A stretch of DNA of 56,511 nt, filler included, from Sluysia triapertura (lineage: Eukaryota): assembly GCA_046118255.1 (NCBI GenBank). It is 4 parts of 4 records of this genome, joined end to end, with 100 filler letters (N's around TTAATTAATTAA, not from the genome) between each part and the next. Parts side by side here need not be neighbours in the genome. Positions count along the whole stretch, not along the records: positions 32,141 to 44,644 come from JBJNIA010102877.1; positions 44,745 to 56,511 come from JBJNIA010172477.1; 2 more parts are not named here. One strand, written 5' to 3'. Within the stretch, counting starts at the first letter, position 1, and every line of letters begins with the position of its first letter. A program made the translations under genes and the position numbers. A model generated the notes under the pieces. The model made no database searches and was not told where the DNA came from. It saw only the letters and a program-made list of their open reading frames with translations. Of the stretch, positions 38,898 to 52,449 are shown in pieces.

Positions 38898-41800
38898 AGA
38901 CAAAATAATATTTATTCAGATAATGATCAAAGTCAAAGTCGAGTATCCTCGCAAATAAAACAAAAACTTACTTGCGTTTCCATTCCCGGTCATCGGAACG
39001 AGTATCGGAACTCAGACTTCTAGACAGAATAAGTAAACATTAATTGAATATTAAAACAATAAAAAGTTTAGGTTGTTGCTGACTAACAATAATTTATATG
39101 AAGATATTTAAAGTATTATTGAGAACTAAAGTGTGTATATATTATAAAGTAACTTAAAGATATTGAAAGCCTAATTGTTTACATTTATTACGAGTATATA
39201 TTAATTTATTGACATAAGAAAATATTCAGAATCTTTTGAAGAAATCTAAGCATTAAATCTAAGTATTGAATTTTATTATTATTGAATTATATTAAGCATG
39301 AATTTTTTTAAATTCAACAATATGAATGATTCTTATGATGTTGTAATTATAATTGATCATAGGTGTGCTGAACTTAAATGTTAATGAATGAAATATTGAA
39401 TTGAATATAATATTTAACTAATGTAAAACGAAATATTATATCCAATAATACTTAAATTGTGCATTCTACACTAAATGTAATGTTGAAATTGAAATAATAT
39501 GTATTATTAATATTATGTTAATTAATATAATAAATACCGAAAATAATTAATAACAAATGTCCAGAATGAAATAAGCAAATGCTTGTTCTAGTACAAGAAT
39601 GTTGATATATTATTAATCGACTAAACAATAATAGTAAATTATCAAATATTGATCATATGTAATATTAAAAATCAATGTGTATTGAAAATAGTAAGAAGTT
39701 AATAATTTTATAATAAATAAAATTTTATAGTAGTCAATGATTTTATAATTACATAGTCAATAATCATAAAATCTTTGAACATATAGATGATGTAAATTGA
39801 TAAACAACGAATTATATATTCACATTATATATAAACTGTATATAATTTCAAACAAAGAAACCATTAAATTCGGAGTGTTACAGAAAGCTTTCGAGTAGGT
39901 ATTGGCTACGAAGCTAATTTAAAGTCACTTAATTTTCAGACTTTAACTGTTTCAATATAACAAAGTCGAGCGGGTTTGATAAAGTTGTATGAATAGGAAC
40001 AAGATACATTAAGATAAGTAGATCTATGGATATAATTCTAGTATTACATAAGTCTAATTATTAATTTCAAAATAACCAAAACATTTGCATGGCTAAACAT
40101 ATTTGTAATTTTATATTCTTTGGCTTCACAATATTTTAGGTTACTGAATGATGATGATGATAATAATAATAATATCATCAAATAGTCAAATCCAGGCAAC
40201 GCTTGGAATGCCAAATAAGTAGTGATATGCATCAAAATCAGATATAAATGGTGCAGTGACATTTTAAATAGTACAATAACATTTTAAAAGATAGAAACTA
40301 CAATTTTTTGGCACACAACTTCATTGATGTTGACGTTATTTTATATTGAAGTTATTTTCACCATTATGTTTTCGAATTCAAAATTAATAAGAATAACAAT
40401 AATTTAATAACCACGAAACTTTAACAATAATACCACTATGTTAACTACGAATAACTAAATAACTAAATAATCTTATAATAATATCAATACAATTATCCGA
40501 TCAATAAACCAGGGTTGTCGCAACTATCACTTGCTTAAAAATTTTAAATATATATCTTATATGAATATTACAATTTAAAACAGTAAAGAGGAATCCCTAA
40601 AAATTGTATGACTATTATAATTTAAAATAATAACGGAGAATCCCTAAAAAATAGGATTTATCTTAACTATATTAATATTTAAAATAAAAAATAAAATTCA
40701 AAAAATTATCCGAGCATGGATCTTCCTAATATTATAACTTTGTTACGTTAAAAATTTTTTAAGTGTTCACTTTATACTTTTGCATCACCAAATAATTCCC
40801 AAATTCAGAATTAGAAATTCCTCCTACACAAATAATCGAAATAACCTCACCATAACAATTTTGACAATTACATGGTACGACCTGTCGGACGGACATAACA
40901 ATTTAATAAACAATCAAACATTATTTTTCTTCAACTATATTCGATTTATTTTTTCATTAATTACTTCTTACGTTAAAATGACATTTTTGGAATTCAATTA
41001 ATTTTCAAAACAAATCTTTCCACAAACATTTCAACCTCATTTTTGGATTCTCCTCTGTCATAGCAATCATTTCATATTCAAATCATTATCTTTTCATCAT
41101 TCTAAATAATAAAAAATTAAATATAATTTCGACTTTGCTCAAAATAGAGGCTTTCCTCACATGAACTCGGTCAAACTTTATCTTCATTAGATCTCTTTAA
41201 AACGCATACATGCACAGTTACAAATTTATCATGGCATTTCGCATTCAAAAGCTATTCACACAAACGTAATTTTTCTTAATGAAGTTAATTAATATTTTAA
41301 TTAAATAATTATTTATTTTAACTTAATTTTATTTTATGTTTAAAGGTTTTACTATGATTCCTTTTTCTACGTTTTTATGTTCATTATTAATGTATCAATT
41401 TATCTTTAATATTATTAACCATAATTTTAGTTTTTGAACATTTTAAAAGTTCCAAACACATTACAAGATCACTCGAACGTCTCAAATCAAAAGGTTTCCA
41501 AAAAATCTCAAATGATCCCTAGGCTCAGAAGCTGAATCATCTTCATATTTCAAAACATCTTTCCAAGCCATTCTTAAGTCTCCATAGGGTTTGAATACAT
41601 GCAAATGTCTTTGGAACTCCAAGGTATTCTTCGGTTTCAAAATGACTATAAACATTTTCTTTATCATTCTTATTCTAGCAATATTTAATTATGTTTATAT
41701 TATTATATTTCAGATATTTTCTATCACTTTTCTCAAATATTTTAAATTACTTAACCTAGTTTCTACTCAGTTACTGGGCAATCTCAATAGATCATATACC

Positions 41801-42539
41801 AAAAAAGATATTTGGATAAATATGAAATAATATAGAATAATATATGGAATCACTAATCACATAATATAGAACTTTCAAATAACACATTGTAGTAGAACAT
41901 TTTGCACCGGTGCATTATAGCTGTAGGGGATAATTTATTGAAAAATGTGTGTGCATTTTAATAGAAATCACTATAAATTTTAAAAAGCTTTGACTTTTTT
42001 ATTACACTTTTATTTTTAAATCATGAATGTATTCGTCATCGTTATTATAAAAAACAAAGGCACGTTCTCTATAAATAAATAGAGAATATAAGGTTGTTTA
42101 ATAGAAAAAATTCAAAATTTAAAAAAAAAATTTTAATCAACAAATAATGAAGACCAATAATGTTGTAATGTGTGATGTAGCTCAGGACATTTACTTCTAC
42201 TTACGTCACTTAACTAAAACTGAAATAAATTTTCTAGTACGATATATACTGATAAACACAACTTACCAGTATTATTTTGATTTGAGTACTATGAGAAAAG
42301 GCTGTATTTCCCTTATTCTACTAGGCATCTATAAAAATCGTATAACTACGTGATCCGCACTCTACTAAAAGTTTGCAAAAAACGCATTCCGAATACAATT
42401 TGTAAAAAATAATTGAAAAATCAGTATTAAGATGAAGATAAAAACTAATTATAATAAAACATATTTGCAAACTTGTTGCATTTGCTTTCAATTTAACATT
42501 TATAAATTCAAGAAAATAACTTAACAATGTATTTCTTAC

Positions 42540-43110
42540 ATTTCGAGACATGGGATTGCTTCATGAGTTTCTTTTTTTGTTGGAATTTCATTATGTGCAT
42601 TTAGTTCGTTAAGAATTATTGATACATTTTCTGGTGATAATTTTGGTTTTTTGGGCCTGAATAAAATTGTTTCTAAAACTAATAACACACTAACAATATT
42701 AGAGCATATTAATTATTAATACTCTTCATAAATATCATATTTTCTAAACTTAATATATAAAAATTGTAATGCTTATTAAAATTAACGGGTTTCAATAATT
42801 CATAAAAAGTTAAAAAAAATAACTTTTCGAGACATAGAATTGCTTCTTGAGTTTCTTTTTTAGTTGGAATTTCATTATGTGCATTTAGTTCTTTAAGAAT
42901 TAATGATATATTTTCTCGTAATAAATCTGGTTTTTTGGGCCTGAATATAGATTTAAATTATATATTTTTCTAAATTTTATGTAACAGAAACAATATTAGA
43001 ACATATTAATTCTCTTCATAAATATCACATGTTCTAAACTTTAATATATAAAAATTATAATGCTTATTAAAATTAAAGGGGTAAAAAAATTCATAAAACT
43101 TCTAAGAAAT
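42540..43110 (-). repeat. Tandem duplication, period 284 bp; each unit holds a putative 117-nt exon (42824-42940, 42540-42656)
   Basis: Both copies are flanked by ttcag/gt on the minus strand and stay open: PKKPDLLRENISLILKELNAHNEIPTKKETQEAILCLE and PKKPKLSPENVSIILNELNAHNEIPTKKETHEAIPCLE. Confidence 0.7.
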
Positions 43111-44644
43111 AACAGTGCTTATATCGTTGTTCCTTTTATATTCGACTGATTTGATATGTCAATTATTCTAACATTATTAGAAGCTAGGATTCTATGGTTT
43201 CAAAGAAGAGTGCTTATTTCAGAAATATTTCTTTAAATCAATGTAAAACAATTGGATAGTTCATTTCCAAGATTATTATATTTAACAGTTTTAATATTTA
43301 TGACATCAAATCAAAAACGAACTTGCTTAAAGTTCATCAGGATTATTTTCTGTTTCAGTATTTTGATTAACATTTAATCAAACTATTGAAGCAAGTTCGA
43401 TTACTAATAATATTATATCAAAGGTCTCCATTCTGGCACTAAAATCAATAATTTTTATTCGGTTAATTTGAATAATTCTTTCCTAGTATGTAGAGGACAG
43501 TTAAAAGTGAACCATAGCAACAATTCTTCTCATTTTGCAGCAGTTCTAGGATCTTTACCAAGGGCCTGATTACAATAAAGTGTAGATTATGATGAGATAA
43601 CTCTTATAGAAGTAACGAAAGTAAATTTTGTAGCAAATTCTGCCAAAAGCATATGTACAATATCTAAAAATTTGCAAATAACAATTTAATGCTAATTCTT
43701 TCGTGTTTCACCAAATAATAGGACTGGATAATAGTGTACGTTTTGTTGGATTTAGATAAGGTTCAAGTAACTATAAGGGTTACAATTTATAGTATAGAAA
43801 TAATAAAATATTTGAATTAAAATAAAGAAAGGAAGATACGAGATAGTTTTTATGATTTAAAATTAAAGTTAAATATGTTCCGTTGTTTAAGTATAGGTAA
43901 AGCATATATTAAATTAATGCTTATAAATATACCAATCTAAATATGTTATTGAACTTGACATGCAACATATTATACAAAAGATTCGTATAGAAAAATAAAT
44001 TTATTCCATTAATTTTATCCTTAATTTAAGTTGATAAAGTGCGTTATTAATGAAATAGTTTATAATAATGATATTAAATTTTAATTTAATTTTATGGAAG
44101 TTGGACATAAGCAGAAATTGGTGTCGAAAAGAATAGACAGCTTTAATTTTCGTCTTGTCTAATTTCTAGTTTTCCGTTTTCCAAATCATCATAAAACTGC
44201 TATATAAGCAGTCGTATTTTTGCAGATATCACGCCAGAAAAACAGAGACAGAAAATAAGATCAAGAGGAATCAAAAGCTTTCTCGCTGTAGGGACGCTGT
44301 CTTAATTCATCAAGGCTTATTCTTTAGTAATTGATAAAAATAAACACTTAGGGGATATAGGAACAAAGGTTAGTAACCTGTTTTTAATTTTGGTTAATAT
44401 GGGCGTCGACATTTATCTTAAATAAGTTGTGTTAGTGATTTGTTAATATTAAAAGATTTATAATTTTGAAGTTTATAATCAAAGATGTTTTGTATTAGAG
44501 AATAATTTGTATTATTATTTTTATTATTATAAAGAATTTTCATTGTATAATTGTGATTTATTACAGAATATATCGAAATTCTGAATTTGTTTAGTTATTT
44601 GGTTTTAATTTTGTAATTTAAAAATAAAAATAAAGACATATATA

Positions 44645-44744
44645 NNNNNNNNNNNNNNNNNNNNNNNNNNNNNNNNNNNNNNNNNNNNTTAATTAATTAA
44701 NNNNNNNNNNNNNNNNNNNNNNNNNNNNNNNNNNNNNNNNNNNN
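44645..44744. other. Artificial assembly spacer
   Basis: 44N-TTAATTAATTAA-44N. Confidence 0.95.
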
Positions 44745-45484
44745 ATGTTATTTTAAAGTAATTTAATATTAGTAATATCAATTATTGTTTTATGTATATA
44801 TTATTTGTATTTTATTTTTTTTGTATTTTATTATTTTTACTATTATTTTATTATTATTTTTATTTTTATTTTTATTATTATTACTATTAATTTTAGTATT
44901 ATTAGTAATTCGATGTAACCATAAAGCTTAATATCGAAACTGTGTTCTTGAAGTTACGTTAAGCTGTTTTATTAAGTACTCTAAAGGTAAATATTTCAGT
45001 AATAGACCAATGAAACAACTATATACTTTACAAATGTAATGTTGTTAGATAAATTATGACAAAATAAAGATTTTATTTGCCAAGAAAGTAATAGTCATTA
45101 TATTGAATATTTATGCAAATATAATATTTTACTATTTCATTACTGATCTTGGAGCTTTAAGTACGACATGTTTGGTAACTGTGTAATTTTTAAAATCTCG
45201 TGTTTTATTAAAGAATATTTAACAATGAAAAGATTTATGGTACAACACAGAGTCATTTGGAAAACTACTTATTAGTTGTTTCGTAATTTTGGTGTGCAAT
45301 TAAAATCTGAATTAAAATAATCATTAAAATGTATTATTATTTCGTGTCATTATTATTATTATTTGTTTTAATATGATGTAAATAAAGTAATTCTTGGAAA
45401 ATTTAATTGTTACTATTTTTAACTTTTGATTTGCCAAAAATAGAAAAGGCAACCTTATAGAAATTTTAGCTGTATCACATACTA

Positions 45485-47170
45485 ATGAATGACTCCTTGG
45501 AAATCGCTAGAATAGAAGTTGAGCAGACTGAGGCTGATCGAATTATGAAATCAGAAAATGATGTTAAAAGTATGATGATAAGTGCAGAAGCACCGATATT
45601 GCTTGCAAAAGTGCCCGAATCATTTATAAGAGAAATAACACTACGTGCTTGGATTCATACAGAACGTAATAAACGACGTACTTTACAACGTAGTGACATT
45701 ACATTGCCACTCTGTGATGGTAAGGCAATTACATGCTATTTACTTTTTATCAATTTAGGTGTTAGATCTATCTCAAAATTCATCTCAAAGTTAGAAGAAG
45801 TTAATGAGTATCCGGATATTATTCGTCTCTTTACTGGTATTTTGTATGTTATAAAGGATTTTAAAAATATTATCCTTATATTTGAAAAAGTTATAAACGC
45901 TAAAATTAAAGGAATATGTTATGCAGGATTTAGTAGTTGTCTGAATTTATGTGAATTATTCGATTTAGTTCATGATATTTATGAAATATTTATTGATAGA
46001 TATAGGCATGATGATAATTATATTCATAGAACAGTTATAATTGATATTTTATGTTTAAACGAAAATTTTTCATCTGAATTTTTACCTGAGTCACTTTTTT
46101 CAAAAGTTTTATCGACGTCAAATTTTAAATTACTAAAAAATGTTATTTTTACGAATCCTGATCGGGAATACGTTATTATTTATATACAATATGATAGTTT
46201 AGACGTTAAGGTACTTTTTACATTCTATGTAGACCAAGATGTTTATGAAACGTTAATTGATAAAGATAACTATGATGATAATTATATACATAAAACAGTT
46301 ATAATTGATATTTTGTCAAAACTTTATTTCAAAGATTATAACTCATCTAAATCAAATGATTTTCAAATTAGTTTTAAAGATTACAATAAAGTTATAGAAT
46401 ACGATAGTTTAAACGTTAAGGCATTTTTTACCATTAAAGAATACAGTAAAGGCTTTGAGTTAGATTCAAAAAATGTAACTCTATTTTGTAATTGTGCTAC
46501 GGCTTATATTAAATTAAATGATCTTCGAATCGATTTTATAGATTGCAATAAAGTTATAGAATATGATAGTTTAGACGCTAAGGCATTTTTTAGACGAGCT
46601 CTATGTGAGGAAGGTCTTTCAATGCTTGATAAAGCTATCGATGATTTTAAAATTGTATTAATACTGGAACCTGAAGATAAAGCTGTGAGGTTTATACTCG
46701 AAGAACTAAATTTGGGAGGTGTCCTTGAGTCAAGATTCGATAATAATGCGTATGAGTGTATACTTTTGTTAGTTATTTTTAATTATTCCGAATTTCTTAG
46801 TGATATTCAATTATTGACAATTATTGAACTGTATTTCAAAATGAACTATATACTATATGATCCCTTACATATAACTTTTTATGTCTACATTAAAATTTTG
46901 ATTGAATATATTAATTTTCGTTCTTATTCCAAGTTTATTTCCTTTAGTAAAAGTAATTTTAGAAATAATAATAATTCAAAAGACCTTAAGTCTTATTTTT
47001 CATTAAAGTTAATTTTAAATTTAAACCCTAAATCAATTATTTTCATCTTTTGGCCATTTCAATATAAACAATCAAAAAATTTTAATATTGATATAATATC
47101 AAATAATAATAAATATAGCACAGGATTTCTCATGCACCGCGATTATACAATGAGTTTAAAAAGATTTTAA
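45485..47170 (+). CDS. Patchwork locus D: intact 561-aa intronless chimeric ORF with an NF-YC histone-fold fragment (45539-45700) and an RPAP3/SPAG1-type TPR segment (~46430-46710)
   Basis: [50 protein letters not shown] matches [25 protein letters not shown]...DCNKVIEYD....KAFFRRA......[16 protein letters not shown] matches TPR clamp repeats. CTTAA hairpin at 46980-46994. Confidence 0.8.
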   Translation: MNDSLEIARIEVEQTEADRIMKSENDVKSMMISAEAPILLAKVPESFIREITLRAWIHTERNKRRTLQRSDITLPLCDGKAITCYLLFINLGVRSISKFISKLEEVNEYPDIIRLFTGILYVIKDFKNIILIFEKVINAKIKGICYAGFSSCLNLCELFDLVHDIYEIFIDRYRHDDNYIHRTVIIDILCLNENFSSEFLPESLFSKVLSTSNFKLLKNVIFTNPDREYVIIYIQYDSLDVKVLFTFYVDQDVYETLIDKDNYDDNYIHKTVIIDILSKLYFKDYNSSKSNDFQISFKDYNKVIEYDSLNVKAFFTIKEYSKGFELDSKNVTLFCNCATAYIKLNDLRIDFIDCNKVIEYDSLDAKAFFRRALCEEGLSMLDKAIDDFKIVLILEPEDKAVRFILEELNLGGVLESRFDNNAYECILLLVIFNYSEFLSDIQLLTIIELYFKMNYILYDPLHITFYVYIKILIEYINFRSYSKFISFSKSNFRNNNNSKDLKSYFSLKLILNLNPKSIIFIFWPFQYKQSKNFNIDIISNNNKYSTGFLMHRDYTMSLKRF

Positions 47171-48183
47171 TCTAGGCGAATGCTTGGATGATGATTTATG
47201 ATAATTTAACTAGATTTTGAAGCTACAATGAATTTAAGCTAAGAACCTTAACAAAAGTAGCTCATTTATTCGTGGATAATAACTGAGCGATAGAAGTTAA
47301 ATAATTGAAGAGAGATCCAAATGAAATTCGATAATAGTGAATTGTCGAAGTGTTCCACTAATCAAATGTTTTCCAGATAAAAAATATTCGATTGTTAGTT
47401 GATCAGTAGGATAGATTTTCCTTAATAATTTGTCGTTTTGTCACAATAATAATAGGTACAGCTCTTGTCGTATTTTGTGTCTTGTCGTTTTTTATGTCTA
47501 CTTTTGTTTTGGTTCTTTTGCTTATATAGTTTGTTATTCTTTAAACTTAACCGAAAATTAATTACTTTCTTTTATCTCTAACGGATTTTGATAAATAAAA
47601 TATTTGATAATAAAAGTTTCTATGATTGATAAATATTTCTAATTAATTTAAGTTGAATTATAAACTAATAAATTATTAAAATTATTTATAAATTATAAAC
47701 CAATTATTGAAATTATTTATATAAATCATATTAACTTTTTACATAAGTCATAAAATTAAATTATCCACATTAATTTCTCAAAAATGAAATATTAAAATAT
47801 TTACATAAAAATTTGAAATTGAAAATTGAACTAGTATTAATTATTTACATTACTAACATATCAAAGATTTGGAGATATAAGAATTTCCAAGCAGTATTAA
47901 AGTTAGAGATCTTGATAAAGAAAGTCAATAAAGTTTAATAACGAATTTGATGCCTATACCTTTTTCTGCAGAATTAACTAAGCACTATGAATATGAATTG
48001 TGCTTAAATGACGTTTTAGACATTAATCCCAGTCTTGTTATTAGTTTTAATAATCATTGTTATTCAACTATCGTTATTATTTGTTATCATTTCTTGAGAT
48101 ATATTAAACATGATCTTAATCAATTAATCATACGTTATTTGATCATTAAAGTTATCATTATTTATAACAAAAAGCATAATACC

Positions 48184-48316
48184 GTTAGACTGACCGCGGA
48201 TCGAACCCAGGACCATCGTCTGCGCAGTCGATGCTCTACCACTGAGCTATCAGCCCCGTCTAACAATTTCATTTTTAATATATTCAATTATACTACTTGG
48301 CACTTTTTAGGCCTTT
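48184..48316 (-). repeat. tRNA-Ala-derived unit (copy 2) plus ~55-bp upstream flank shared with 38744-38798
   Basis: Reverse complement reads aaaggcctaaaaagtgccaagtagtataattgaatatattaaaaatgaaat-tgttagac-ggggctgatagctcagtggtagagcatcgactgcgcagacgatggtcctgggttcgatccgcggtcagtctaac. It has a G3:T70 pair and an A73 discriminator. Confidence 0.85.
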
Positions 48317-49144
48317 TGCCCCAACAATTATTTTCTAATAATTTTGTTATTTATTATTATTAATTTTAATTTTACGTTATTTAATATAATATTTTAACTT
48401 AATTTTTATTATTAATTTCATAATTTACAAAAATTTTATTATTTTTATTAATTTCTAAATTAATTTTATTATTAAATTAATTTTTTATTAATTTAATTTT
48501 AGTTCATGCGTAAGTTCTTGAAATTAACAACATAACATTAATAAATTGTTAACGAAATACTTTATTACACTCTAACAATAGTAATGAAATTAATAAATAG
48601 TAGGGTATGTGCCCACGAATAAAATAAAATACCTTTTACATAATAGCTTAAGAATCAGTACAACTTTATCAGTAATATTTTTAGTTAATACTTATAATTA
48701 TGTTGGTGTACCACTGAGTACTATCACTTTCTTTATTGTTACATGATTTAATTTTTTTGTAAGAACACTGTGTGCTCTTAAGTTATTCACTTTACTTTTT
48801 TATTGTTAACAGATTCATAAAACAGTGTTTTTGAGCATTACTGTGATAAATCTGTAAAGCAACAAAATGGAACGTTTGCGCCATGCACGTAATAATTACA
48901 CTATTCTAATTAGAGATAAAATAATATTAAAATATAACTACATGGACTGAAAATAGAATTCAATATTTACAGACAATTTTGTTTTAATATTTTAGATGTA
49001 AAGAAAGGACAAAAACACAGTATTATTAAAATTTGTATTTTACTTATTTGAAACCTAAAAGTTTTATGTCTTCAATGATTTATTTTTAAGTTCTCTAACT
49101 GAAACTTACTTTATAATATAAAATCTATATCGAAGTTTTGTAAG

Positions 49145-50627
<1,483 letters not shown>

Positions 50628-52449
50628 CGTAATTGAATCCATAATTTATATCCTATTTAAGAAAGTTACTTTACAATTAATAATAATACTTGTCTGACAT
50701 CTTCTGCAGCAGATTATCACAATTTCCCACTTATGCGTTCAGTCAAACTGTTAATTGAAGTATTAATCTCTTTCCTAGATTTAATAAAAATTTCCATCTG
50801 GGGAATCAGTTGAGGACAAAATTTCAATAGAATTCTTGACTTTTATTTTGAGCAATTATGCATTTTATATATGCAAGTTCTACAAATTTTCTATGTATTC
50901 AATAAAAGAAATTCGATTGCCTCGTTTTGCTTATTACCATAACAACTGATCTAATAGTTCTGACTTGTCTGCGCAGAGAAAAAGTTTTACATTCATACTT
51001 TAAACTCATCAAGAAAAAACTACCTTAAGATTGATGTCATTTATTGATAGAAACTTCGTTATTTGGAGCCAAAGATACAAATTCAATATTTTAAAAGCAA
51101 AATTTAAAGCTCAAATGGATTTACCAATTACAGAGCAATAACCGCTCATTCAATTTTATTTTTAATTGTACATCTTTCTCTATGTTCTTTTGATTATCGT
51201 GTTACCATAGATAGCATTTTTCTCTGAGTATTTTTATAGATTTACAATAGATTAAATAGTTATTTGTTTCAAGTCGACTTGATATTTGATTCTGATCTAT
51301 TTTTCTTATCACACGATCTTATCATTAATTCATAATGTTTTATGATGATTATTATATTATTGCTGTACTTCGTCTTGGTAAGCTTATATTGTTGGGTACG
51401 TAAATTTCCGTTTTTATTTATTTCACGTTTATTTTATTTTAAATTTGCATTACTTTCGTTATAGCAAATAATTGTACATACTTAACCATGTGCGATCCGC
51501 TGGACACATTTCATTGACGTGCTTATGCTTCTTTCATCTAAATTTCATTCTGTATTTATAACCACGACTGAATTTTCAAACTCACTTGATATCATCAGTG
51601 GACCACAAATGGAATAATAACATGGAAAGATCCTGTACAATAAATAGAGTAGTTTAAGGTCATGTCTGATGAAATGCGTAATATTGTTTTAATACTTAGT
51701 TGTACTTATCAAATGTAAAAATACATTTTGTTGATTTTAGAATTTATATATTAATACCAAATATAATAATAATAATAATTTTACAAATATGTTTATTACT
51801 TGAAACAACAATACTACTTGCTGATGAACCAGTACTTGAAGTTGTTATTGTACTTGGAACCTACATCAAGGTAGGTATTTGAAAAGAAACTATTTAGAAA
51901 GCTTTATGCAGAAACGGTTCCCTTTTTAGTTCGATGTTAATACATTAGGAGCGAGAAATATAAAAATTCGTCTGAATAGATACATCGTTGGTAATGTTAA
52001 ACGATACAAACTTTTGTCAAAATACTTGAATATTAATGATACTCGATCATCTTTTTGCCTGCTTTAGGATAAATTTCTGTTGAAAGTGAAACAACGTTGC
52101 ATTTTTGTATCCTATAAGATTTAAAATTGATTTTTGCCACTTGCAATGTTGAATGGAATTATAAAATATCGAATGTTTTGTCAGTTTTACCAATCTCTGC
52201 TGTTCTTGTCATCGTTATTTTCTATTTGTGTGATTTTACATATTTTTAATTTTATCATCATCTTAATACAAATGTGAAATAGCATGTATTCGATATAAAA
52301 AATCGATTTTATGTTGCATTTATATTTATCATTTATTGTGATGTGATATTATTTATCTATTACTTACATATTTGTAATAAAATATTGGTTGACTTTTTAG
52401 TTCTAACTTATTAATATTACAAATTTTATTTCCAAAAATTTGCTCAAAA

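Noticed and set aside
50650-52250. Minus-strand spliced gene suggested by several AG/GT-bounded segments
   Set aside because: No consistent open frame or recognisable product could be assembled.
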